Of a stretch of 64,000 nt of DNA, positions 42,917-51,781 are shown piece after piece. A program made the translations under genes and the position numbers. The DNA comes from an uncultured delta proteobacterium (GTDB taxonomy: Bacteria; Desulfobacterota; RBG-13-43-22). Below the pieces are notes generated by a model. The model was given only the letters and a program-made list of their open reading frames with translations, was not told the origin of the DNA and did no database searches. The stretch spans positions 64,001-128,000 of the forward strand of contig CAVUPH010000013.1 of assembly GCA_963743305.1 (NCBI GenBank). The letters are read 5' to 3'. The first letter of the stretch is position 1, and each line of letters starts with the position of its first letter.

Positions 42917-43261
42917 ATGGGTGTAACTCCAAAATCCATTTTTCATTACCGGTTGCCGACTCTTTTTCTGCTATTGATCCTCGTATCCGCCTGCGGCTCG
43001 AAAAACGAAGTCGCCGGAAATTACCAGGCCTCGGGAAAAGACTTCCCCGGAGAGGCCACGACCGTCCTGGAGCTCAAGGCCAATGGAGAAGGCGCCTGGA
43101 AATCAGGCGGTGAAGAAATACCCTTCTCCTGGTACCTTAAGGGCGCTGAGCTTAGAATTAACACCAAAGGGGGCGGAGTCATCGTCGGCGACATCGAAAG
43201 GGATACGATTCGCCTAACCCTTCCCGGCAGTAAGCAGTTAACTTTTCGGAAAATCAGGTAA
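42917..43261 (+). CDS. Hypothetical lipoprotein
   Basis: Lipobox LVSAC after a hydrophobic stretch. Confidence 0.7.
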   Translation: MGVTPKSIFHYRLPTLFLLLILVSACGSKNEVAGNYQASGKDFPGEATTVLELKANGEGAWKSGGEEIPFSWYLKGAELRINTKGGGVIVGDIERDTIRLTLPGSKQLTFRKIR

Positions 43262-43317
43262 CCAAGGCTTTATCCGATTGCTGAAGGCCTGAAATTCGGC
43301 TTTACCGGCAGAGAAAC

Positions 43318-44115
43318 ATGGATTGGAAAAACGACCCGGCCTATCACGGTAAAATACTAACCGGCCATTACAGCCAGGCGCTCAAAGAGCGGGTGGCAAA
43401 ATGTATAGCCGATAATCGCGTTTTCGAAGATACGGGAAACCCTGCTATCTGTTATATCGCCGCCTGGCACGAAAAAGATCGCATCATCTGGTACGAATTC
43501 GCCAGCAGTCGGTTAAGCGAGTTACTGGATTGTGAAGCTGGGCAAGTAGCCGAAGTCTTCCGCAAGAGCGTGATCGAACGGCGCGTCTACAAATACCAAA
43601 CGGATGAACCTGGAATAAAGAAAGAAATCATCCACCGACCGGAACTGACCAGTTTCCGAAAACAGTTGCGCGAGGAGGTAAAAAAGACCGGTGTCATCGA
43701 GGCGGTTTATAAACTTTCTTTACCCGCCGGTCGATCTTTTTGGCTGAAGGATCAGGCCGAGATAGAAAGGCATCCAAGGGACCACTCCAGCATCTCCCTT
43801 GGCTGCCTGACCGAGGTCTCCAAGGAAATGGAAGCCGCGGAAGAACGGGAGAGGCTGGTGGTAGAGCTTCAGGAGGCTTTATCCAAGGTCAAACAGCTTA
43901 GCGGTTTGCTGCCCATCTGTGCTTCCTGCAAAAAAATACGGGACGACCAAGGATATTGGAATCAGATCGAAGAATATATTCGGAATCACTCCGAAGCCGA
44001 TTTCAGTCATGGCCTTTGCCCCCCCTGCATCGAAAAACTTTACCCCGATTATGTCCAAGATAAAAGCAACAGGGATGAAATGGCAAAAAAAACGGGCAGA
44101 AAAAATTTCACTTGA
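43318..44115 (+). CDS. PAS-like sensor domain protein with a C-terminal Cys-rich (LPICASCKKIRDD..SHGLCPPC) domain
   Basis: FWLKDQA PAC-like strand, coiled coil, CxxC...CxxC motif. Confidence 0.75.
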   Translation: MDWKNDPAYHGKILTGHYSQALKERVAKCIADNRVFEDTGNPAICYIAAWHEKDRIIWYEFASSRLSELLDCEAGQVAEVFRKSVIERRVYKYQTDEPGIKKEIIHRPELTSFRKQLREEVKKTGVIEAVYKLSLPAGRSFWLKDQAEIERHPRDHSSISLGCLTEVSKEMEAAEERERLVVELQEALSKVKQLSGLLPICASCKKIRDDQGYWNQIEEYIRNHSEADFSHGLCPPCIEKLYPDYVQDKSNRDEMAKKTGRKNFT

Positions 44116-44140
44116 AATCACAGCAAAGGAGGAAACCAAG

Positions 44141-44845
44141 ATGACCCAGACGATCACCCGGGATAAGACTTTTCAGGTTGTTATGAAACGAATGGTGGAA
44201 AAGGGGCGGGCCCCGCATTATACGGAAATTGCGTCGGAGTTGAGGGTTTCAGTCGAAGAAGGCAGGAAGGCCCTTCACGACCTCCATTTCCCGGGATTTC
44301 CCGGTTGGCTGGCTCCCAATACGGATTATATCTCGTCATTTCCGCCATTCAGCAACCTGCCCACACAATACCGCATCACTATTGAGGGTCGGCAGGATTG
44401 GTTCGGCCAATGAGGGTTTGAGTCGCTGGCGGTCAGCTGGCTCTTCCCCGGGAAAACGGTCCAGGTCGATGCCCCTTGCCTCGATTGCGGTTCTCCGATC
44501 AGGATCCGTATGAAAGATGGTAGATTAGAAAGTACCGATCCCGAAAACCTGGTAGCCTACACCTCGGTCCCATTCCGGGAATGGTTTAATAACCTCCCCT
44601 ACGCCTGAAGCACCATGAATCTCTTCCGGTCGGAAGAGCACGTTCGTAACTGGAGTGGATTTAAAACGAAGACCGAGGAAGGCATCATTCCTTTATCCGC
44701 AATGGTCAATGTCTTCTCGGGAAATTTCTTCGCGAAGAGGCTGGATCCGGATTATATGTCGCACTTTCAGGAGTATATTGGTGAATTCATTTCGACGGTC
44801 AAGGAAATCGGGAAATCCCGTCCATTTTGGGCACCCGAGTCTTAG
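44141..44845 (+). CDS. MerB (organomercurial lyase)-like protein with two selenocysteines (U91, U156; 234 aa)
   Basis: AAGGAGG RBS; in-frame TGAs at 44411 and 44606; reads PFSNLPTQYRI..WFGQ-U-GFE..DAPCLDCGSPI..PYA-U-STMNLFRSEEH; hairpin after each TGA. Confidence 0.88.
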
Positions 44846-44938
44846 AGGGAACCCCATCTTTGCGGAGACAGTACGGCAATCCGCGGCCAGGAGGCGTACG
44901 GAGCCAGATTTCCCCATAATAAAGAGTGAGGGCGGACA

Positions 44939-45403
44939 ATGTATTTCGAGGAATTTGTGGTTGGGGCTGAATTCGCTACTGGCCCGCGGCAGATAATCAA
45001 TGCCGAGGTGACCGCTTTTTTGGATCTCTCCTTGCTTAAAAACCCGATTTTTATGGATGACCAGGCCGCCCGGACCGTTGGGCACCCGAAACGCATTCTT
45101 CCGGCCCCGTTACTCATTAGTATGGCCATGGGCTTATGTCAGCAACGGGGGCTTTTCGACCATATGGTCGCAGTCTTGGAGTTCGAATACGTCAAGTTCC
45201 AGAGACCCAGCTATCTCGGCGATTCGGTCCAGGTAAAAAGCCGGGTAGTCCTGGCCCGACCGACCAAGAACCTTCACCGGGGACTGGTCAAAATACGTTT
45301 TGAGCTCCACAATCAACGCCGGGAGTCCGTATTGGAAATGCAGGCGGTATATTTGATGGTGCGCCGGCCACCCGAGAAATCCATTTTGCCAATCACCCCT
45401 TGA
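44939..45403 (+). CDS. MaoC-like (hot-dog fold) dehydratase
   Basis: MYFEEFVVG, NPIFMD and VKFQRPSYLGD motifs. Confidence 0.8.
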   Translation: MYFEEFVVGAEFATGPRQIINAEVTAFLDLSLLKNPIFMDDQAARTVGHPKRILPAPLLISMAMGLCQQRGLFDHMVAVLEFEYVKFQRPSYLGDSVQVKSRVVLARPTKNLHRGLVKIRFELHNQRRESVLEMQAVYLMVRRPPEKSILPITP

Positions 45404-45438
45404 AGAAGCAATAGGGCTTATTAAGAAAATCTCCTGGC

Positions 45439-46281
45439 ATGGACAAACTGATCATTACCGCGGCTTTGACCGGCGCCGCCCCCACCAAGGAGCAAAATCC
45501 CGCCGTTCCTTACAGCCCGGAGGAAATCGCGACCGAAGCCCTGCGGTCCTGGCGGGCCGGGGCCGCTATCGTGCATATCCATGTTCGCGATCCCCAAAGC
45601 GGGAAGCCGGCCTTTAAAAAGGAACTCTTCGCCGAGGTAGTGGATCGAATCCGGGCGGAGAGCGATGTGCTCATCAACCTGACTGCCAGCGCTTTTAACC
45701 TGGAAGGACCGGAAGTGGGCCTCCGGCGTCTCATGCCTTTGGAGCTGGAACCCGACCTCTGTTCCCTGGATGTGGGCAGCCTCAATTTCCGTGGCGGCCG
45801 GGTCTTTGTCAATCCTCCGGATTGGGTGGAACTGGCGGCTGTGGAAATGCGGAAGGCCGGGGTAAAACCGGAGCTGGAAGTCTTTGACCTGGGACATGTC
45901 CGCCAGGCCGTCGATCTGCTGGAAAGAGGTCTTCTGGACGATCCGCCCTATTTTCAGATTTGCCTGGGTGTGCCCTGGGGGATAAACGGCGACCTGGAGG
46001 GACTTCTGGCCATGAAAAATCGCCTGCCCCCAGAATGCCAGTGGTCCGTAATGGGGGTAGGGCCCACGCAGCTCCCGTTGACCACCCAGGCGCTGCTTCT
46101 GGGCGGACACGTCCGGGTGGGGTTTGAAGACAATCTCTACCTGAGCCGGGGGATGAAGGCCGACTCCAATGCCCGGTTTGTGGAACGGTCCGTCGCTCTG
46201 GCGAAGCTGCTGAACCGGGAGGTGGCTTCCTGCACCGAGGCGCGGGAAATCCTCAGGCTTCCTTCCCGCGGGAACTCCTGA
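45439..46281 (+). CDS. Beta-keto acid cleavage enzyme (BKACE/Kce, DUF849)
   Basis: IITAALTGA, AGAAIVHIHVRD, KPELEVFD and GHVRVGFEDN motifs. Confidence 0.92.
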   Translation: MDKLIITAALTGAAPTKEQNPAVPYSPEEIATEALRSWRAGAAIVHIHVRDPQSGKPAFKKELFAEVVDRIRAESDVLINLTASAFNLEGPEVGLRRLMPLELEPDLCSLDVGSLNFRGGRVFVNPPDWVELAAVEMRKAGVKPELEVFDLGHVRQAVDLLERGLLDDPPYFQICLGVPWGINGDLEGLLAMKNRLPPECQWSVMGVGPTQLPLTTQALLLGGHVRVGFEDNLYLSRGMKADSNARFVERSVALAKLLNREVASCTEAREILRLPSRGNS

Positions 46282-46430
46282 TCATCTGAATTTATACCTC
46301 ACACCATTGCGGTGTGGTTAGATAAAGAAGGCTTTTAAGACAAATTAATAATCAATAATGATGGTTTGCAAGATTGTCAATTATTAACCGTTTCGGTTCT
46401 ATGTACATATTAATGAGGGGCTGATTATTC

Positions 46431-47366
46431 ATGCCTGAAATTGGAATTATCGGCGCCGGGACCATGGGCCACGGCATCGCCCAGTGCTTTGCCGTCAAAG
46501 GGTGGCAGGTCAGGCTATATGATGTCAACCGGGAGGTCCTTGACAGCGCCCCGGTCCGCATCCGTTCCAATCTGGAACTCTTTATGGAATGTGGATGGGC
46601 TCAACCGGAGTCCGTCGAGGCAGCTCTTCGGAATATTGCTTTATCTGAAGACCTGCCTTCGACCGTCCGGACCCCTGAGCTGATCATCGAATCGGTCAGC
46701 GAAGAATTGGACCTCAAGCGCCGTCTCTTTGCGGAATTGGAGGAGCTGACCATTCCGGAGACCATTCTCTGCAGCAATACCTCGGCCTTGAGCATTACCT
46801 CCATCAGCCGAGGTCTGAAACACCCGGAACGGGTCCTCGGCACCCATTTCTGGAACCCGCCCCATATCCTGCCCTGCGTGGAAGTAATCAAAAGCGAAAC
46901 CACTTCCGACCGGGTTTTTGAAGAAGTCGTCTTCCTGTTGGCCGGTTTGGGCAAGGAACCGATCCGGGTGCTCCGGGATGTGCCCGGGTTCGTAGGCAAC
47001 CGCATGCAACACGCCCTGCAGCGGGAGGCCATGAACTTGGTGGACCAGGGGATTGCCGCGCCGGAGGAGGTGGACCGGGTGGTCAAATTCGGCTTTGGCT
47101 TGCGTCTGGCCCTGATGGGACCGCTGGAGCGTTCCGACTGGGGTGGGCTGGACATCACTTACCGGGTCCAAAAATATCTGCTGCCCTACCTCTGCAATGA
47201 TACCAACCCCTCACCGCTGCTGACCCGGAAAGTGGCAGCCGGGGAGTTGGGAGCCAAAACCGGGCAGGGCTGGTATGACTGGCCGGAGGAGAAAAAGGCT
47301 CGGGCTATTAAAGAGAGAGATCGGCGATTGATTGAACTCATTCGATTGACGCGCCAGGAAGGATGA
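46431..47366 (+). CDS. 3-hydroxyacyl-CoA dehydrogenase family protein
   Basis: GAGTMGHG, SNTSAL, GTHFWNP and PGFVGNRMQ motifs. Confidence 0.92.
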   Translation: MPEIGIIGAGTMGHGIAQCFAVKGWQVRLYDVNREVLDSAPVRIRSNLELFMECGWAQPESVEAALRNIALSEDLPSTVRTPELIIESVSEELDLKRRLFAELEELTIPETILCSNTSALSITSISRGLKHPERVLGTHFWNPPHILPCVEVIKSETTSDRVFEEVVFLLAGLGKEPIRVLRDVPGFVGNRMQHALQREAMNLVDQGIAAPEEVDRVVKFGFGLRLALMGPLERSDWGGLDITYRVQKYLLPYLCNDTNPSPLLTRKVAAGELGAKTGQGWYDWPEEKKARAIKERDRRLIELIRLTRQEG

Positions 47367-47507
47367 TTTCGCAGAAAATTCCAAACTGACATACCGATCG
47401 AAGTTGTTTACCACCAAAACCCCCGTCTAAAAACCCTTTGCCTTCCCGTCTGGTTTGAATAATAATCAGTAACTCGGCTAACGTTTCTAAATGCAAAAGG
47501 AATATCC

Positions 47508-50192
47508 ATGGACCAACGGAAAGTGCTCTACCTGATTGATGGCAGTTCCTATATCTACCGGGCCTTTTACGCCATTGCCCACCTGTCCAACAGCAAAGGG
47601 ATGCCCACCCAGGCCATTTACGGGTTCGTCCAGATGGTGAACAAAGTTTTGGAAGAGCAAGCGCCCCAATACCTGGCCCTGATATTTGATGCCAAAGGCC
47701 CCACCTTTCGCCACGAGATCTTTCCGGATTACAAGGCCACCCGGCCCCCCATGCCGGAGGCCCTCCAGGTCCAGATTCCTTATATTAAGGAGGTCAGCCG
47801 GGGTTACGGCTTTCCTATCTTAGAAAAGGCGGGGATGGAGGCCGATGACTTGATCGGCACCCTGGCCCTGGAGGCGGAAAAAAAAGGATTTGAGGTAGTC
47901 ATCGTTTCCGGAGATAAGGACCTGATGCAGCTTATTTCCAAAAAGGTCTGGATGTGGGACACCCTGAAGGATCAGGTCTTTGACTTGAACACCGTCCAGG
48001 AACGCTTCGGCACCACCCCTAATCATGTCCCCGACGTGATGGGCCTATCGGGCGACAACAGTGACAATATCCCCGGTGTCCCGGGCATCGGGGAGAAAAC
48101 CGCGAAGAAACTGATCCAGGCCCATGGTTCGCTGGATAAGCTGCTGGCGAACCTGCCCAACGTCACTCCGCCCAAGATACGGGAGAAAATCGTCGCCTTT
48201 CGGGAACAGGCCCTCCTGTCCCGGCGTCTGGCCACGATCGACACCGGTGTTTCCCTGGACCTTTCCGTAGAGGAACTGAAGCCGGGGCCGGCGGATTTGG
48301 AAAAATTGAAGGCGCTGTTTACCGAACTGGAGTTCAAGAAATTCCTGGACGGGCTGGGCGAGGTGACGGAGGTGCGCGACCACCCCCGGGACTATCAAGG
48401 GGTTTTCGAGCAAAAAGACCTGGAGCGGATCATCCAGCAGATCAAGAAAGCCGGCCGGGTATCCCTGGACCTGGAAACGACCTCGGCGGACCCCATCCGG
48501 GCCGAGATCGTGGGCATCGCCCTCTCCTGGAAAGAGGGTGAAGGTTTTTATGTCCCCGTAGGCCACACTTATTTAGGCGTCCCCGATCAACTACCGCGGG
48601 ACCGGGTGCTGGCCGAACTGACCGACCTGATTCAAGATTCCCGGATCGCCAAAATCGGTCAAAATATCAAGTACGAATGGCTGGTTCTGCGCCGTTACGG
48701 GTTGGATTACCAGGGGATCGCCTTCGACACCATGCTGGCTTCCTACCTGCTCAACCCCGGCCGCCGGGCGCATAACCTGAATCAGATCGCCTGGGAACAC
48801 CTCAATCAAAAACTGATCACCTACAAGGAAGTGGTGGGCTCGGGTCCCAAGGCCTTGAATTTCAGTGCCGTGCCGGTGAACCGAGCCGTGGAGTACGCGG
48901 CTGAGGATGCGGAGGTCACCCTGACGCTGGCGGACTTGCTGGGACCGCTGCTGACCAGGGAGGGGTTGGACGATCTGTTCAGGGAAATGGAAATGCCTTT
49001 GATCACCGTGCTGGCCGAAATGGAGTGGCAGGGTATTCGGATCGACAGCCGGTCTCTCAGCGATCTGTCCAAGGAGTTGGAGGGGAAATTAAATCAGATC
49101 GAGGAGCAGGTCTACACCCTGGCCGGGGAACGCTTCAATCTCAACTCCCCGCAGCAGATGAGCCGGATCTTGTTCGAAAAACTGCAACTGCCCTCCGCCA
49201 AGAAAACCAAGGGTAAAAGCCACAGCTCCACGGACGCCGAGGTCCTCCGGGACCTGGCCGTGCAATACCCGATCGCCGCGGAAATCTGGAACTATCGTAC
49301 CTTAAGCAAGCTGAAATCCACCTACGTCGACGCCCTACCGAAGCTGATCAACCCGGAGACCGGGCGGCTGCATACCTCCTTCAACCAGACCGTGACGGCT
49401 ACCGGTCGGTTGAGCAGCAGCGAGCCCAATCTGCAGAATATCCCGGTACGCACCGAGGAGGGGCGCCGCATCCGACAGGCCTTTGTGGCCGAACCCGGTT
49501 GGGTGCTGCTGTCGGCCGACTATTCCCAGATCGAACTGCGGGTCATGGCCCATTACAGTCAGGACCCCAACTTGATGGCCGCCTTTCAAGCCGGGGAGGA
49601 TGTGCATACCCGCACGGCCGTCGAATTGTTCAACGTGCCTTCCGGTGAGGTGACCGCGGATATGCGTCGTCAGGCCAAGGTGATCAATTTCGGGATCATC
49701 TACGGCATGAGCGCCTTCGGTTTATCCAAGGAATTGGGGATCGGGGCCCGGGAGGCCCAGGAAATGATCGACCAGTACTTTTTAAAATATGAAGGCGTAA
49801 AACGCTTTTTGGATCAGACGCTGGCGGAAGCCCGGGAAAACAGGTTTGTCACCACCCTCTTCAACCGGCGCCGGATCATCGAGGAAATCAACAGCTCCAA
49901 CCGGGTGGCCCGTCAGTTCGCCGAGCGCACGGCCATCAACACCCCCATTCAGGGGAGCGCCGCCGACCTGATCAAGATGGCCATGATTGTGATCGACCGG
50001 GAAATGAAAAAGCAGGGTCTGCGGGCCCGAATGCTCCTTCAGGTGCATGACGAACTGGTGTTCGAAGCGCCGGAGCAGGAAGTCGAGGCGCTGAAAAAAC
50101 TGGTCAGGCAGCACATGGAAGCGGCCATGGAATTGCGGGTCCCGCTGTTGGTGCAGATCTCCACGGGGCGGAATTGGGCCGAGTTAAAATAA
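47508..50192 (+). CDS. polA: DNA polymerase I
   Basis: 5'-3' exonuclease (DGSS, EADD), 3'-5' exonuclease (DLET), DYSQIELR, AKVINFGIIYG and QVHDEL motifs. Confidence 0.98.
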   Translation: MDQRKVLYLIDGSSYIYRAFYAIAHLSNSKGMPTQAIYGFVQMVNKVLEEQAPQYLALIFDAKGPTFRHEIFPDYKATRPPMPEALQVQIPYIKEVSRGYGFPILEKAGMEADDLIGTLALEAEKKGFEVVIVSGDKDLMQLISKKVWMWDTLKDQVFDLNTVQERFGTTPNHVPDVMGLSGDNSDNIPGVPGIGEKTAKKLIQAHGSLDKLLANLPNVTPPKIREKIVAFREQALLSRRLATIDTGVSLDLSVEELKPGPADLEKLKALFTELEFKKFLDGLGEVTEVRDHPRDYQGVFEQKDLERIIQQIKKAGRVSLDLETTSADPIRAEIVGIALSWKEGEGFYVPVGHTYLGVPDQLPRDRVLAELTDLIQDSRIAKIGQNIKYEWLVLRRYGLDYQGIAFDTMLASYLLNPGRRAHNLNQIAWEHLNQKLITYKEVVGSGPKALNFSAVPVNRAVEYAAEDAEVTLTLADLLGPLLTREGLDDLFREMEMPLITVLAEMEWQGIRIDSRSLSDLSKELEGKLNQIEEQVYTLAGERFNLNSPQQMSRILFEKLQLPSAKKTKGKSHSSTDAEVLRDLAVQYPIAAEIWNYRTLSKLKSTYVDALPKLINPETGRLHTSFNQTVTATGRLSSSEPNLQNIPVRTEEGRRIRQAFVAEPGWVLLSADYSQIELRVMAHYSQDPNLMAAFQAGEDVHTRTAVELFNVPSGEVTADMRRQAKVINFGIIYGMSAFGLSKELGIGAREAQEMIDQYFLKYEGVKRFLDQTLAEARENRFVTTLFNRRRIIEEINSSNRVARQFAERTAINTPIQGSAADLIKMAMIVIDREMKKQGLRARMLLQVHDELVFEAPEQEVEALKKLVRQHMEAAMELRVPLLVQISTGRNWAELK

Positions 50193-50220
50193 AAAACCGC
50201 ACCCTCGGGTGCGATTTTTT
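50192..50220. terminator. Bidirectional intrinsic terminator between polA and vapC
   Basis: A-run, CGCACC-CTCG-GGTGCG, T-run. Confidence 0.7.
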
Positions 50221-50644
50221 ATGAAGGGACCCGCCATTTCAGCCCCGGGAACCGGGCATAGTCGCGGTCGAGGGTAATCCATTCACAGCCCGACTCGATG
50301 GCCAGGGCCGCAAACCAGGCATCCGGGGCCAGGTTGCCGCGGGCGTCTGCCTCGAGGCATAGGCGGGTAAATATCCCCCAGTGCCGTTCCCCCGGTTGGA
50401 TGATCAGACCTTGGGGTTGGGCTAACAGGATTTCACAGAATCCGACAACCTCGTCCAGGCCACTCGGCTCCTTAAACACCTTCGGATGGGTGGTAATTCG
50501 AATAAGACCGCTCAAAACCTGGGGAGACATCCCAAAACGTCCCTCACCGTTGACGACCTCCTGAAGCCACTTTCTGCAAACCGAATGGTGCGAGGCATCG
50601 GACCGGAAGGCGTGAACCAGGATGTTGACATCGGGAAGAATCAC
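50219..50644 (-). CDS. vapC: VapC PIN-domain toxin
   Basis: MILPDVNILV, GNLAPDAWFAALAIE and TLDRDYARF motifs. Confidence 0.9.
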   Translation of the reverse strand: MILPDVNILVHAFRSDASHHSVCRKWLQEVVNGEGRFGMSPQVLSGLIRITTHPKVFKEPSGLDEVVGFCEILLAQPQGLIIQPGERHWGIFTRLCLEADARGNLAPDAWFAALAIESGCEWITLDRDYARFPGLKWRVPS

Positions 50645-50881
50645 GGCTTATCCATAACTTCTTCCAGTTCCCCTGACCGATTGAGGTCCACACCCGGAAG
50701 GACTCCCTCCCGAGGCCTTAGATATCGGCAACTGAACCCGCTTCCGGCGGTCACCCTTCGCTGGGGACAGGACCATGGTCAGACCCTCTTCGATCACCGA
50801 GGTGAGGGCTCTTCCCTCATCGGCCGCCCGCTTTTTTGCCCGTCGCAGGAGATCGTCTTTTATTCGAACGGTTGTTCTCAT
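50641..50881 (-). CDS. VapB-type antitoxin, frameshifted near 50705
   Basis: MRTTVRIKDDLLRRAK RHH; the corrected tail VLPGVDLNRSGELEEVMDKP* overlaps the vapC GTG. Confidence 0.8.
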
Positions 50882-51103
50882 GCATATAAACATATAAATA
50901 TTGCATCAATATGTCAAGTAGAAAAAACCGGACCGATAGGGGTAAAAAATTTTAATTGATATTATAGTAAAAATCCGATAAAAAAGCAGGTGATTCAGAT
51001 TACAAAAAGAGAGTCATCGTTAACCCTCACCCTGGAGGAAGGCGATCCAAACCAAAGCCTCGTTCTAAATTCTTAAAACGGGGCTTTTTTTATAACAAGA
51101 AAA

Positions 51104-51445
51104 CTAAAGAGCCAGGCTTAATCTAAGTGCCTGGTCAACCTCTTCCATTTTCTTCTCTTCAATGAGGCCCAATCTTTTTTCCAGTCGATCTTTGGAAACC
51201 GTGAGGATTTGGCCGGCTTTTACGATGGAGGGTTTAGTCAATCCTCCCTGGGGTGGTTCGATCAAGACATTCATGGGATAAATTCTGATGGCGGCCGAAA
51301 GGGCGGCGACAATCGTGGTGGAGGCATGTTCATTGCCAATATCGTTTTGAATAACCAGCGCGGGCCTTTTCCCCGCCTGTTCGTTTCCGCGGGCAGGATT
51401 CCAGTTGACCAGCCAAATTTCACCGCGTCGGGGAAAGGGATTCAT
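51104..51445 (-). CDS. mazF: MazF/PemK family endoribonuclease toxin
   Basis: RRGEIWLVNWNPARGNEQAGKRPALVIQND and QILTVSKDRL motifs. Confidence 0.92.
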   Translation of the reverse strand: MNPFPRRGEIWLVNWNPARGNEQAGKRPALVIQNDIGNEHASTTIVAALSAAIRIYPMNVLIEPPQGGLTKPSIVKAGQILTVSKDRLEKRLGLIEEKKMEEVDQALRLSLAL

Positions 51446-51675
51446 CGCAACATTTTCCTTTGGACCTCAAAAGCCCATTCGGCCCATTGCCTGTCTTCTT
51501 CCGCCATTTCCCGGTATCCCTTCCTCATCAAAGTCCCAGTCTGCTTTGTTAACCACAGGGAAAGGGCTTCCTGGGCTACTTGGCTGCGAGCCATCTTAAA
51601 ACGCTTGCTGGCTTGGTCAATAGCCGTGCATAATCCTTCGTCGATGGTAATCGTTATTTTCTTTTTGGTTTGCAT
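51442..51675 (-). CDS. Ribbon-helix-helix antitoxin (MazE/NdoAI-like)
   Basis: KITITID..RSQVAQEAL..MRKGYREMA; overlaps the toxin start (ATGA). Confidence 0.82.
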   Translation of the reverse strand: MQTKKKITITIDEGLCTAIDQASKRFKMARSQVAQEALSLWLTKQTGTLMRKGYREMAEEDRQWAEWAFEVQRKMLR

Positions 51676-51781
51676 AATACCCCCAATAAATCAGATTTTT
51701 TATAAGATATTATGACATATTAATTATCCTGTCAATTTCTATATTTTAAACGGGACTTTCTGGTTAGGAAAGGTCATCGAA

